Both the position numbers and the translations under genes were made by a program. A DNA stretch of 60,405 nucleotides, the filler included, from Candidatus Omnitrophota bacterium (GTDB lineage: Bacteria; Omnitrophota; Gorgyraeia; JAGLLT01): assembly GCA_023140385.1 (NCBI GenBank). It is 4 parts of 4 records of this genome, joined end to end, with 100 filler letters (N's around TTAATTAATTAA, not from the genome) between each part and the next. Parts side by side here need not be neighbours in the genome. Positions count along the whole stretch, not along the records: positions 22,448 to 43,139 come from JAGLLT010000023.1; 3 more parts are not named here. One strand, given 5' to 3'. The notes beneath the pieces were generated by a model. The model saw only the letters and a list, made by a program, of their open reading frames with translations, made no database searches and was not told the DNA's origin. The first letter of the stretch is position 1. The number at the start of each line of letters is the position of its first letter. Positions 29,809-39,889 of the stretch are shown in pieces.

Positions 29809-29845
29809 AAAACCGGGCTTGATAAATAAGCCCGGTTTTATTTTT
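29809..29845 (+). terminator. Intrinsic terminator
   Basis: AAAACCGGGCTT-7-AAGCCCGGTTTT followed by a T-run. Confidence 0.8.
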
Positions 29846-29849
29846 AATA

Positions 29850-30896
29850 ATGAAGACATACCCTTACGGGCACAAGCAAGATATAAAAAATTTAACGGCG
29901 GAAGAATTAGGGCAAAAAGTCGCGAGTTTTGGTGAGCCGGCCTATAGAACCGGGCAGCTTTTGAGCTGGCTTTATCAAAAAGGGATGGTAGATTTTGACC
30001 GGATGACCAACTTATCTAACTCGCTGAAGATAAAACTTCAGGCGGAATATTATATAGGGGCCTTGGAGCTTGCCGGCCGCCTCGTCTCAAAGGATAAAAC
30101 AGAAAAGTACCTCTTTAAGCTTGAAGACGGCAGCTTTGTCGAGTCGGTTTTGATAAAAACGGCAAGGCGTAGGACGGTCTGTCTTTCTACTCAGGTGGGG
30201 TGTAAATTTGGCTGTTTGTTTTGCGCCAGCGGCAAGGGAGGGTTTGTCAGGAACCTTACTCCCTCAGAAATTACCGGCCAGCTCCTTTATTTAAAAGACA
30301 ACCTTAAAATTTCCATAACAAACGTTGTCCTGATGGGCATGGGAGAGCCTTTGGATAATTACGCCAATTCAATTAAGGCGATTAAAATAATAAACTCTCC
30401 ACAAGGCCTGAAGATTGCCGCCAGGAGGATTACTATTTCGACCTGCGGCATAATCCCGGGTATAAGAAAATTAAAAAACGAGGGTTTGCAGGTGAATCTT
30501 TCTTTATCTCTTCACGCGGCCAATGACGTCTTAAGAGATAAATTAATGCCCGTCAATAAAAAGTATAAGCTAAAAGAAATTATTAAAGAGCTGGAGATAT
30601 ACTTTAAAAAAACAAAAAGAAAGATAACCCTTGAATACATTCTCTTTAAAGATTTGAATGATTCCTCTAAGGACGCGGAGGAGTTGGCGCGCGTTGCCGG
30701 CCGCTTAAAGGCAAAAATCAATTTGATAAAGTATCATAAGATTTCCGGTATTACATGCAGGCCGGCCGGCAAGGAAGAGATTGATAGGTTTATGAAGCGG
30801 CTTCAAAACGCCGGGGCTGATGTTACTCTCAGGGTGTCAAAGGGAGTTGATATAAATGGCGCCTGCGGCCAACTGGCCGGGAAGATAAAAAAGTAA
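29850..30896 (+). CDS. rlmN: 23S rRNA/tRNA m2A radical SAM methyltransferase
   Basis: CLSTQVGCKFGCLFC, LMGMGEP, LSLHA, GACGQL. Confidence 0.96.
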   Translation: MKTYPYGHKQDIKNLTAEELGQKVASFGEPAYRTGQLLSWLYQKGMVDFDRMTNLSNSLKIKLQAEYYIGALELAGRLVSKDKTEKYLFKLEDGSFVESVLIKTARRRTVCLSTQVGCKFGCLFCASGKGGFVRNLTPSEITGQLLYLKDNLKISITNVVLMGMGEPLDNYANSIKAIKIINSPQGLKIAARRITISTCGIIPGIRKLKNEGLQVNLSLSLHAANDVLRDKLMPVNKKYKLKEIIKELEIYFKKTKRKITLEYILFKDLNDSSKDAEELARVAGRLKAKINLIKYHKISGITCRPAGKEEIDRFMKRLQNAGADVTLRVSKGVDINGACGQLAGKIKK

Positions 30897-30899
30897 CGG

Positions 30900-31301
30900 T
30901 TACTTTCCTTCGGAGATTATGTGTTCTTTTAATTTTTCTCTTAAGTCATCGGGGACCCGGACCGATTTTTTGGCGGCAAAGTCATAATAAACGCCGACGT
31001 TCCTACCCTTAACCTTTAACCGGCCCTCTTGCCAGGCTTCCTGGCCGATATGAATGGATGAATTTCCGATTTTAATGATGTAGGTCTTTATCTCTACCTC
31101 TTTGTCCAAAAATAGTTCAGCCAAAAAATCAAACTCCATTCTGGCCATAATCAAATTCCACTTCTTTAGGTTCATAGCCGGATTAAAAATTTTATAAAGG
31201 GGATTTCTTGCCCGCTCAAACCAACAGGGTAAGGTTGTATTGTTAATATGTCCCAGAACATCTGTTTCACCAAAGCGCGGAATGATTGTTAAACTAAACA
31301 T
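30900..31301 (-). CDS. Acyl-CoA thioesterase (4HBT/hotdog fold)
   Basis: RFGETDVLGHINN, WFERAR, IGNSS. Confidence 0.9.
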   Translation of the reverse strand: MFSLTIIPRFGETDVLGHINNTTLPCWFERARNPLYKIFNPAMNLKKWNLIMARMEFDFLAELFLDKEVEIKTYIIKIGNSSIHIGQEAWQEGRLKVKGRNVGVYYDFAAKKSVRVPDDLREKLKEHIISEGK

Positions 31302-31496
31302 TCTTTTTCTCCTTTGCCTGAATCAAATCTATTCGTTTCTTCATTTTAACTTAACAAAAACTATTATACTTCTTATCCTCTCTTCTGTAAAGTGGATATT
31401 AAGATTTGGTCTCAATAAATATAGAATCTTCTTTTATTGTTGATTTTGTGCGCGGACTTTGATATACTCATTTAAAAAAGGAAGAGATGGGGAATT

Positions 31497-32042
31497 ATGA
31501 AAAAGACATTAGTTTTAGTTCTGTTTATTAGTTTTTTAATCAGTGTTATTAGCGGAGGCTACTCTATGGCAGAGGACAAGGTTGTAGTTTTGGAAACTAA
31601 CCAGGGCGATATTGAAATTAAGCTTTATCTGGATATAGCTCCAAAAGCGTGCGAAAATTTTATTGGTTTGATTGAAAAAGGCTACTATGACGATATAATA
31701 TTTCACAGGGTAATAAAGGGTTTTATGATACAGGGTGGCGACCCGACGGGAACAGGCGGCGGCGGAGAGTCTCTCTGGGGCAAGCCCTTTGAAGATGAAT
31801 GCCGGTCTGAGGCGGCCTTTGATAAAAAAGGAATATTAGCTATGGCCAATGCCGGCCCCGGTACTAACGGTAGTCAGTTTTTTATCACGACAGCCAAGAC
31901 CCCCTGGCTCAATATGCGTCATACCATCTTTGGTGAAGTTATATACGGCTATGACGTAGTCGAGAAAATAGAAAATACACCAACGGGCGCGGGCGATAAA
32001 CCGCTTAAAGAGCAGAAGATAATAAAAGCCTACATAAAGTAA
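31497..32042 (+). CDS. Cyclophilin-type peptidyl-prolyl isomerase with signal peptide
   Basis: FHRVIKGFMIQGGDPTGTG, MANAGPGTNGSQFFIT, HTIFGEV. Confidence 0.96.
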   Translation: MKKTLVLVLFISFLISVISGGYSMAEDKVVVLETNQGDIEIKLYLDIAPKACENFIGLIEKGYYDDIIFHRVIKGFMIQGGDPTGTGGGGESLWGKPFEDECRSEAAFDKKGILAMANAGPGTNGSQFFITTAKTPWLNMRHTIFGEVIYGYDVVEKIENTPTGAGDKPLKEQKIIKAYIK

Positions 32043-32061
32043 AGGTTATTATTTTTTAAAC

Positions 32062-32090
32062 GGGGGCGCTTTTTATAAGCGCCCCTTTTT
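32062..32090 (+). terminator. Intrinsic terminator
   Basis: GGGGCGCTT-loop-AAGCGCCCC-TTTTT. Confidence 0.8.
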
Positions 32091-32296
32091 ATTCGCCTCC
32101 GCCAAAATACTCCGTGACTTGCCACGGGAATAAATGGAGGCGAACCCGCCGACCTGTCCTTCGAAGCTTTAGCGTAGGAGGAAGCTTTCCGGCCGTCGTA
32201 GCCGAAGCTACTTCGGCGGAGTTGGCTAGCGTAGGTTGGTTCTTGGCTATGGCGAATTCCGCTTGATACCCTGCGGTAAGCCGTAGGGAACTTCAT
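32091..32296 (-). mobile_element. Non-coding MITE/REP-like composite palindromic element with nested inserts
   Basis: Two related subterminal hairpins (CCCTACGG-CTTA-CCGCAGGG-TAT and CCCGTGG-CAAG-TCACGGAG-TAT on minus); TTCGCCTCC...GGAGGCGAA stem; nested 30-nt and 39-nt palindromes. Confidence 0.7.
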
Positions 32297-32311
32297 TTGA
32301 AAGGCTTGGCA

Positions 32312-33529
32312 ATGAAAATAAAAAAACCGGAACTTGTGTCTCCGGCAGGGGATTGGAGCGCTCTGCTTAGCGCCGTTGAGGCCGGCGCTGATGCCGTTTA
32401 CTTCGGCATTAAAGAGATAAATATGCGCTATCAGGCAGTGAACTTTGACATTTTGGAGCTAAAGAAAATAATGGCTCGCCTGCGCAAAGAAGGCAGAAGG
32501 GGATATCTGGCGCTTAACGTTTTAGTTTACGATAAAGAAATACCCAGGGTAGAAAAGATACTGAAGGCGGCCAAAAGAGCCGGGGTTGATGCCGTAATCG
32601 GTTGGGATATGGCGGTTTTATCAATAGCCAAAGAGCAGGGCTTAAAGGTTCACCTGTCTACTCAGGCAAGCGTATCTAACTTTTCCGCGCTGAGTTTTTA
32701 TGCCGGCCTGGGAATAAAAAGAGTGGTTTTAGCAAGAGAGTGCGGTCTTTCGGACATCAGGGAGATAACTTTAAAGGTCAAGCGGGAAAAGCTTGACTGT
32801 AATGTTGAGGCCTTTGTTCATGGGGCGATGTGCGTTTCAATTTCAGGCAGGTGTTTTCTGTCTTATGATTCCTTTGGTAAGTCGGCTAATAGAGGCGAAT
32901 GTCTCCAGCCCTGCAGGAGAGAGTACGATATTATTGACAGCGACAAAGAGTGTGGTTACGTTGTAGGAAAGGATTACATCTTGAGCGCCAAGGATCTTTG
33001 CGCTATCTCCTTCATTGATGAGTTGATAGAGGCGGGCATTGACGCCTTTAAGATAGAAGGCAGGATGAGACAGCCGGAGTATGTAAAGGTAGCAACCTCC
33101 TGTTATCGGAGAGCTATTGATGCCTATTATGAAGAGAAGCTGACAGCAAAGCTTAAGAAAGAATTAACAAAAAAGTTAAAGGCAGTCTATCACCGCGGCT
33201 TTTCAGACGGCTTTTACTTTAAGAAGCCATCATCCTCAGGCGGGAAGGTTCAAAGGGGATATGATAAGGTTTATCTGGGCGAAGTAAAGAGGTTCTTTGG
33301 TAAAATAGGCGTAGCTGAAGTGATCATAAGAAGCGGCGTTTTGAAGAAGAACGATGAAATATTAATAAGCGGCGTTAAAACCCCCGCGAATTTTTTTAAG
33401 GCAGTTGAGATGGAAATGAATCATAAAGCTGTTGAAAAGGCTGGTAAGGGAGAGATGGTAGGGATAAAGGCGCCTTTTCGAGTGCGCCCGAAAGACAAGG
33501 TTTTTATTTGGAAGAAGAGAAAATATTAA
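32312..33529 (+). CDS. Peptidase U32 family (RNA hydroxylase TrhP/RlhA-like)
   Basis: PELVSPAG, GADAVYFG, HLSTQASV, EAFVHGAMCVSISGRC, NRGECLQPCR, KIEGRM. Confidence 0.93.
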   Translation: MKIKKPELVSPAGDWSALLSAVEAGADAVYFGIKEINMRYQAVNFDILELKKIMARLRKEGRRGYLALNVLVYDKEIPRVEKILKAAKRAGVDAVIGWDMAVLSIAKEQGLKVHLSTQASVSNFSALSFYAGLGIKRVVLARECGLSDIREITLKVKREKLDCNVEAFVHGAMCVSISGRCFLSYDSFGKSANRGECLQPCRREYDIIDSDKECGYVVGKDYILSAKDLCAISFIDELIEAGIDAFKIEGRMRQPEYVKVATSCYRRAIDAYYEEKLTAKLKKELTKKLKAVYHRGFSDGFYFKKPSSSGGKVQRGYDKVYLGEVKRFFGKIGVAEVIIRSGVLKKNDEILISGVKTPANFFKAVEMEMNHKAVEKAGKGEMVGIKAPFRVRPKDKVFIWKKRKY

Positions 33530-33532
33530 AAT

Positions 33533-34072
33533 TTAATTTGTATCGTAAACTCTGATTTTTGATTTTAAGCCGTCGGGGGAATACTGATATAATGCCTTGG
33601 ATACGTGCTTGAAAGTTTCGCCGTCGTACTCATAAACGCTTTCGATGCTTTCATTACTGCTTACATGCCAGGTTGTGGAGAATATCATTCTTCCGTCAGA
33701 ATCTTTCTTTTGATAGCTGCTGCCTTCCATCCGGCCGATATATTCAAAACAGTCGTCCGCCTCCAGAAAGATATAGTATGGCCCGTTATCCTGAGCTCCC
33801 CTAATGGTGCTATAGCGGCCTTTGAAGTAATTTAACTTAAAGACAAGTATGATTTCTTCGGAATTTTCCTGAAAGCACCTCTCCACCGAACTTTCCGCGG
33901 CCAGCTTACAGATATTTGCTTCTTCTGTTCCCAGATGATTATTTTCCGCCATAAAGCGAAAGCAGTCAAGGTAGTCCAGAAATATCTTTAATTCAATCTC
34001 TTCAGCATAAGACACGCTGAAGAGAATTAAAATTAGTAAAACTACTTGTAATAGCGTTAATTTTTTTATCAT
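33533..34072 (-). CDS. Hypothetical exported protein
   Basis: Signal peptide ending SYA; GGGGAG RBS upstream. Confidence 0.7.
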   Translation of the reverse strand: MIKKLTLLQVVLLILILFSVSYAEEIELKIFLDYLDCFRFMAENNHLGTEEANICKLAAESSVERCFQENSEEIILVFKLNYFKGRYSTIRGAQDNGPYYIFLEADDCFEYIGRMEGSSYQKKDSDGRMIFSTTWHVSSNESIESVYEYDGETFKHVSKALYQYSPDGLKSKIRVYDTN

Positions 34073-34241
34073 ACTCCCCCTCTATGCCGCCCCATTTTCT
34101 TTATTATTTAACAAGTAATCTGCCGGCAATTGTAATTATACACGCAGGAGCGTTATAATGGAAGTGAAAAATTACCGGCTTTAGCCATCTTAAAAATGAA
34201 GTAATTCACGCAATTTTCAGCATTTCGGCCTCTTTTTTTGC

Positions 34242-34270
34242 TTGACAAAAGTCATACGATTTTATATAAT
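34242..34270 (+). promoter_or_regulatory. Consensus sigma70 promoter of fusA
   Basis: TTGACA-17 nt-TATAAT. Confidence 0.85.
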
Positions 34271-34307
34271 GGTCTCCTTTATCTGAAAAATAAGGAGCAT
34301 AAAGAAG

Positions 34308-36395
34308 ATGCCACGGAAAATCGATTTAAATAAGGTGAGAAACATCGGTATTATGGCGCATATTGACGCCGGAAAAACTACACTTACCGAGCGTATTCTC
34401 TTTTACTCAGGGCGGTCGCATAAGATAGGCGAGGTTCATGACGGCAAGGCTCAAATGGACTGGATGGCGCAGGAACAGGAAAGGGGTATTACCATTACCT
34501 CCGCGGCTACAACTTGTCATTGGAAAGACTGCCGGATTAACATTATTGATACCCCCGGGCACGTTGATTTTACCGTTGAAGTAGAGAGAAGCCTGCGGGT
34601 GCTTGACGGAGCTATTGCCGTATTTTGCGCTGTCGGAGGTGTTGAGCCGCAGTCAGAGACGGTTTGGAGGCAGTCGGATAAGTACAGCGTGCCGAAGTTA
34701 GCCTTTGTAAACAAGATGGATAGAGTTGGCGCTGACTTTTTCAGCGTGATAAAGAGTATTGAAAATGAGCTTGGAGCCAATGCCATACCGCTTCAAATAC
34801 CTATAGGAGCTGAGGATAGCTTTCATGGGATTATTGACCTGTTGGAAATGAAAGCCGTTATTTATGATGACGACTCTCTGGGCAAGAACTTTCACATTGA
34901 AGAGATACCCGCCGACAGTCTGGAAGCCGCCAAAAAGTACCACCATATTATGGTCGAGAAAGCCGTTGAGCTTGACGATCATCTAATGGAAAAGTATCTT
35001 GAGTCGGAAGATTCCATTACTACAGAAGAGTTGAAAGCGGCTATTCGTAATAGTACTATTGCTAATAAAATTGTTCCGGTTTTATGTGGCGCGGCATTTA
35101 AAAACAAAGGGGTGCAAAGGCTGCTTGACGCGGTTACTGATTATCTGCCTTCACCGCTTGATCTGCCGCCCGCGGAAGGCTACGGCCCGGACGATAAAGA
35201 AACGGTAATTACGAGAAAAGCGGATGACGATGAGCCCTTTTCCGCTTTAGCGTTTAAGATACAAACCGACCCTCATATGGGTAAATTGATATACTTTAGA
35301 GTTTACTCCGGTTTTCTAAACTCAGGATCTTACGTTTATAACTCGACTAAAGATAAGAAAGAAAGGGTTGGCAGAATTCTCCAGATGCATGCTAATCAGC
35401 GTGAGATAAGAGACAGTATTTATGCCGGTGATATTGCCGTGGCCATTGGCCTCGACTATACGGTAACAGGTGATACTCTCTGCGATCCGGACAATTCGAT
35501 TATCCTGGAGGCAATGGAATTTCCCGCGCCGGTTATGTCGATCAGTATTAAGCCAAAGAGCCGCGCCGACATAGATAAGTTGGGTAAAGGTTTAGTAAAA
35601 CTTGCCGAGGAGGATCCGACTTTTACTGTTAAAACTGACCAGGAGACGGATGAAACGATTCTCTCCGGTATGGGCGAACTTCACCTTGATATTATTGTAG
35701 ACAGGTTAAGGCGGGAGTTTAAGGTTGAAGGAGATGTGGGACAGCCTAAAGTTGCTTATAAGGAGACTATTATGAAAAAGTCATCCGATGAGTATAAACA
35801 CTCCAAGCAGACCGGAGGCAGAGGTCAGTATGGCCACGTGGTTCTTGAAATAGCGCCGACTGATGCCAGTAAAGGTTTTGAATTTAACAATAAGATTACC
35901 GGAGGCACTATTCCTAAAGAGTATATCCCGGCCGTGGAAAAGGGGATTATCAGCGCTATGCGGAAGGGTATTTACGCCGGTTATCCGGTGGTTGACGTAA
36001 GTGTTGATTTAGTTGACGGCTCTTTTCATAACGTTGACTCTTCAGAGTTGGCCTTTAAACTTGCCGGGCGGGAATGTTTTAAGAGAGCGTTTAGAAAAGC
36101 GGCGCCCTTACTTCTTGAGCCTTCTATGTCAATTGAGATTAGCACGCCTGAAGAGTATGTGGGCAGTGTCGTCGGGGATATCTGTTCCAGGCGGGGCAAG
36201 GTGTTGGGTATGGAGATAAAGGGCAAGCAGCAGATTATTTCAGCCGAGGCGCCGCTGGCTGAGATGTTTGGCTACGCGACAGCCCTGAGGTCTTTAACCT
36301 CAGGACGGGCGGCCTATTCAATGCACTTTGAAAAGTATGCCCAAGTACCCTTTACGATCGCGGAAAAGATAATGGAAGAAGCGGAAGATAACTAA
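34308..36395 (+). CDS. fusA: Elongation factor G (stand-alone copy)
   Basis: [52 protein letters not shown]. Confidence 0.96.
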   Translation: MPRKIDLNKVRNIGIMAHIDAGKTTLTERILFYSGRSHKIGEVHDGKAQMDWMAQEQERGITITSAATTCHWKDCRINIIDTPGHVDFTVEVERSLRVLDGAIAVFCAVGGVEPQSETVWRQSDKYSVPKLAFVNKMDRVGADFFSVIKSIENELGANAIPLQIPIGAEDSFHGIIDLLEMKAVIYDDDSLGKNFHIEEIPADSLEAAKKYHHIMVEKAVELDDHLMEKYLESEDSITTEELKAAIRNSTIANKIVPVLCGAAFKNKGVQRLLDAVTDYLPSPLDLPPAEGYGPDDKETVITRKADDDEPFSALAFKIQTDPHMGKLIYFRVYSGFLNSGSYVYNSTKDKKERVGRILQMHANQREIRDSIYAGDIAVAIGLDYTVTGDTLCDPDNSIILEAMEFPAPVMSISIKPKSRADIDKLGKGLVKLAEEDPTFTVKTDQETDETILSGMGELHLDIIVDRLRREFKVEGDVGQPKVAYKETIMKKSSDEYKHSKQTGGRGQYGHVVLEIAPTDASKGFEFNNKITGGTIPKEYIPAVEKGIISAMRKGIYAGYPVVDVSVDLVDGSFHNVDSSELAFKLAGRECFKRAFRKAAPLLLEPSMSIEISTPEEYVGSVVGDICSRRGKVLGMEIKGKQQIISAEAPLAEMFGYATALRSLTSGRAAYSMHFEKYAQVPFTIAEKIMEEAEDN

Positions 36396-36437
36396 CGTTA
36401 ATGTATAAATAGTGAAAAAGAAAAAAGTTGAGATAAT

Positions 36438-36469
36438 AAAGGCTTCCGTTTAGTTAGGCGGAGGCCTTT
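36438..36469 (+). terminator. Intrinsic terminator
   Basis: AAAGGCTTCCG...CGGAGGCCTTT after the fusA stop. Confidence 0.75.
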
Positions 36470-36492
36470 GATGTTTAATAAGGAGACAATTT

Positions 36493-37113
36493 ATGGCAAA
36501 TAAAGTTCAGAAGTCAGAACGCGTGGATCCTTTAGCAATTATAAGTTTTGCGCTGGCATTACTTTTTTTTGTACCCCTTACAGGCTTGGCCGCCCTCATT
36601 ACAGGTATTATGGCGCTGCTTAAAATAAAAAAGTCAGAAAATGAGGTAAGAGGCAGGGGCTTTGCCATAGCGGGAGTAATATTAGGAGCTGTTAGAGTTT
36701 TTGCCGGACTGCTTATACTTGTAATACTTATTTTGGCCGCGCCGAATATAAAACAGGCATTTAATGAAGGGCGGATTGAAGCAAGAAGTATCCTGTCAAA
36801 AGCAAACCTCCGGACAATATACTCCTGCCAGGAAGCCTATAGAGAAAAACACGGCACCTATATAAACTGTCCCGGGAATCCATCCGCCATTCCTTCTGCT
36901 GAGAAGCTAAAGTGGGAAGAGGGCGTTGAGGCGTGGGACGAGCTGGGATTTATTCCGCCTTTAAAAGAAGCATATTACCAGTATGAGGTAATTAATGCTG
37001 ATGAAGATTCGTTTACCGCGATCGCCCGCGGGGATTTAGACGGCGACGGCGTATATTCTACTTTTACCATAAACCATAAAGAGGCTTTAACGGAAGATAG
37101 TCCTCTCGAATAG
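36493..37113 (+). CDS. DUF4190-like membrane domain fused to a type IV pilin-like domain
   Basis: LAIISF..G..ALITGIMAL..GRGFAIAGVILG, then KANLRTIYSCQEAY..GTY and ARGDLDGDG. Confidence 0.7.
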   Translation: MANKVQKSERVDPLAIISFALALLFFVPLTGLAALITGIMALLKIKKSENEVRGRGFAIAGVILGAVRVFAGLLILVILILAAPNIKQAFNEGRIEARSILSKANLRTIYSCQEAYREKHGTYINCPGNPSAIPSAEKLKWEEGVEAWDELGFIPPLKEAYYQYEVINADEDSFTAIARGDLDGDGVYSTFTINHKEALTEDSPLE

Positions 37114-37245
37114 AAAAAGTTCATCCTTGCCATTTATCCCGAATTCTGGTATATTAACCTTGTTTTAGGAGTAATTGTACTTATTGTAGTCATTAAGGCT
37201 GTCAAGCTAAAGAAAGGTTAATAAGTATAAGCAGGAGGTACTGAT

Positions 37246-37692
37246 ATGAATATTGAAGTTTGGTGGATGTGGATTGGTTTGGGAGTTTTGTTTATTATCG
37301 GTGAGATATTTACAGCGGGTTTTTTTCTGCTCTGGTTTGGGATTGCCGCGCTGGTATCCGGCGCGCTGGCCTATTTAGGTGTAGGTTTTGGATGGCAGGG
37401 ACTGACCTTTGTAGTTGTCTCAGGTGTGCTTTTGGCGGCTACCAGAAAGCTTGCCAACCGCCTTACTAAAAAACAGCCGCCGGGAATAGGCGCCGACAGG
37501 CTTATCGGCAAAATAGGCGTAGTTTTGGAAGAGATTGATAATATTAAAAATACCGGACGCGTCAGGGTGGATGAGGATGAGTGGCGTGCCGATAGTGAAA
37601 CAAATGAAGTTATTTCTCAGGGGGAGATGGTAAAGGTTATAAAATTAGAAGGTACGCGTTTAATTGTGAAGGTTAAAAAGGAGGAGGGATAA
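37246..37692 (+). CDS. NfeD/YbbJ-like membrane protein
   Basis: WxxxGxxFxxGE, FFLLWFG, GRVRVDEDEWRA OB-fold. Confidence 0.9.
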   Translation: MNIEVWWMWIGLGVLFIIGEIFTAGFFLLWFGIAALVSGALAYLGVGFGWQGLTFVVVSGVLLAATRKLANRLTKKQPPGIGADRLIGKIGVVLEEIDNIKNTGRVRVDEDEWRADSETNEVISQGEMVKVIKLEGTRLIVKVKKEEG

Positions 37693-37694
37693 AA

Positions 37695-38585
37695 ATGATA
37701 GCATTCTTTGTCATACTTGCTGTTTTCCTGTTTATTCTCGGAGGACAAGCCATCAAGATTATCAGGCCGTGGGAAAAGGGCCTGATTGAGAGGCTGGGTA
37801 GGTATCAGCGCACCGCCGGCAGCGGACTAACCCTGATTATGCCCGTGGTTGAGACGATAATTAAGGTAGATATGAGGGAGCAGGTGGTTGATATCCCGCC
37901 GCAGGCCGTTATCACCAAGGATAACGTAGCCGTTGAGGTGGATGCTGTTACTTATTATGAGGTAACCGACCCGATAAAGGTAACCTACAATATAGCTAAC
38001 TTTTATATGGCGGCTACCAAGCTGGCCCAGACCAACTTAAGAAATCTCATCGGTGATTTATCATTGGATGATTCGCTTACCTCAAGAGAACTTATCAATA
38101 CCAAGCTCAGGGACATTCTTGATGATGCTACGGACAAATGGGGTGTTAAGGTGACCAGGGTAGAGCTTCAGAGGATTGAACCGCCCAAGGATGTAACCGA
38201 GGCTATGCACAGGCAGATGAAGGCTGAGCGTGACAGGCGGGCGATGATTTTGGAGGCCGAAGGCAGTAAGAGATCAGCTATTTTAACGGCGGAAGGTAAG
38301 GCCGAGGCTATAAAGAAGGTAGCTGACGCGAATAAGTATCAGAAGATAACTATAGCTCAAGGTGAAGCTGAAGCCATCCAAAATGTCTACGGCGCCATTC
38401 ACAAAGGTGATCCTACCAATGACCTGATTGCCATTAAATATTTAGAGACCCTTGAAAAGATAGCTGATGGTAAGGCTTCAAAGGTATTTCTGCCTTATGA
38501 AGCATCCGGTATTCTTTCAAGTATTGCCGGAATAGGTGAGGTTTTAAAGGATAAAAGTAAGAATTCGCCGCCTAAAGCGGAATAA
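37695..38585 (+). CDS. qmcA: SPFH/Band 7 (QmcA-like) protein
   Basis: IERLGRY, DMREQVVDIPPQAVITKDN, WGVKVTRVE, QMKAERDRRA. Confidence 0.9.
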   Translation: MIAFFVILAVFLFILGGQAIKIIRPWEKGLIERLGRYQRTAGSGLTLIMPVVETIIKVDMREQVVDIPPQAVITKDNVAVEVDAVTYYEVTDPIKVTYNIANFYMAATKLAQTNLRNLIGDLSLDDSLTSRELINTKLRDILDDATDKWGVKVTRVELQRIEPPKDVTEAMHRQMKAERDRRAMILEAEGSKRSAILTAEGKAEAIKKVADANKYQKITIAQGEAEAIQNVYGAIHKGDPTNDLIAIKYLETLEKIADGKASKVFLPYEASGILSSIAGIGEVLKDKSKNSPPKAE

Positions 38586-38602
38586 TTAGGTTGGTTTTTC
38601 AG

Positions 38603-38638
38603 AAAAGCCCTGTCTTTTGATTAAGATAGGGCTTTTTT
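38603..38638 (+). terminator. Intrinsic terminator
   Basis: AAAAGCCCTGTCTT-6-AAGATAGGGCTTTTTT. Confidence 0.85.
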
Positions 38639-38728
38639 GTCTTGCAATATACCCTGTTTATTGCTATATTAATTGAGCGCGTAAACAATGAAAGCCTTTT
38701 AATGGTTTTAGAAGGAGTTTTCTGATTA

Positions 38729-39829
38729 ATGGAGCTTCAAATGAACTTAAAAACTACACCACTACACAGCCAGAGCGAAAAATTAGGCGCTAAATTTGCT
38801 CCTTTTGGCGGTTGGGATATGCCCATTAGTTATAGTGGTATTATTGATGAACACAACTGGACGCGAAAATCGGCCTGCCTTTTTGACATTTGCCATATGG
38901 GAGAGTTTATTATTTCAGGCGCGGGAGCGGGCGATGCCCTAAATAAAATTGTAACTATGAATATAGAAGAAATACCCGTAAAGGCCTGCCGTTACGGCTT
39001 TATGCTTAACGAAAATGGCGGGATAATAGACGACCTTATTGTATACAAAATAGACAACAATAAATTTATGATGGTCGTAAATGCCGCGACCAAAGATATA
39101 GATTTAACTAATCTTAAAAAGCATCTACCGGAAGATATAAGCCTTGAGGATATTTCCGATAAAACAGCAAAGATTGATTTGCAGGGCCCTTTGTCGAGAG
39201 ATATCTTAAAAGAAATTATATCAGCTGATATTGAAAAGTTAACTTATTACACCTTTTCATATTTTGATGTTTTAGGAGAAAACAGTATTGTAAGCCGCAC
39301 CGGTTATACGGGTGAACTTGGTTATGAAATTTACATAAGCGCCGGCAAAGCTGTAGAACTTTGGGATACACTTCTAAAAGATAAAAGAGTAAAGCCCGGC
39401 GGCTTGGGGGCGCGGGACACCTTAAGGCTTGAGATGTCTTACCCTTTATATGGGCATGAACTTGATAATAGTACAAGCCCGCTTGAAGCGGGGCTTGGCA
39501 TTTTTGTAGATTTAGATAAGGAGTTTATCGGTAAAGATGTTCTTGTTAAACAAAAAGAAGAAGGTTTATTGAAAAGGCTGGTTTGTTTTAAAGTAGATTC
39601 GAGACGGGCTCCCAGAAACGGTTATAAAATATTGTCAGGTGATAAAGAAATTGGTGTTGTTAGCAGCGGCTCTTTTTCGCCGAGTTTAAAGCGCGGAATA
39701 GGTATGGGTTATGTGGAGGCTGACTACAGAACTGCCGGGACAAAGGTTACCCTCGGTGACGGCAGGGTAAAAATAAAGGCGGAGATAATTAAAAGGCCGT
39801 TTTATAAAGAAGGCTCTTTAAGAAAATAG
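38729..39829 (+). CDS. gcvT: Glycine cleavage system aminomethyltransferase T
   Basis: FGGWDMP, LFDICHMGE, SRTGYTGELGYE, GLGARDTLRLE. Confidence 0.96.
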   Translation: MELQMNLKTTPLHSQSEKLGAKFAPFGGWDMPISYSGIIDEHNWTRKSACLFDICHMGEFIISGAGAGDALNKIVTMNIEEIPVKACRYGFMLNENGGIIDDLIVYKIDNNKFMMVVNAATKDIDLTNLKKHLPEDISLEDISDKTAKIDLQGPLSRDILKEIISADIEKLTYYTFSYFDVLGENSIVSRTGYTGELGYEIYISAGKAVELWDTLLKDKRVKPGGLGARDTLRLEMSYPLYGHELDNSTSPLEAGLGIFVDLDKEFIGKDVLVKQKEEGLLKRLVCFKVDSRRAPRNGYKILSGDKEIGVVSSGSFSPSLKRGIGMGYVEADYRTAGTKVTLGDGRVKIKAEIIKRPFYKEGSLRK

Positions 39830-39889
39830 ATGATATCAAAAGTTTTATGAAAAATCGTAAGGAGTTATATTTATCATAAAAAAGAAGAG

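Noticed and set aside
32030..32296. 88-aa ORF MKFPTAYRR...
   Set aside because: It is a translation of the nested palindromic repeat and runs through a terminator; there is no protein-like signal.
38640..38728. Possible glycine riboswitch before gcvT
   Set aside because: The leader is short and lacks the GGAGA...GAAG...CTCTCAGG aptamer core.
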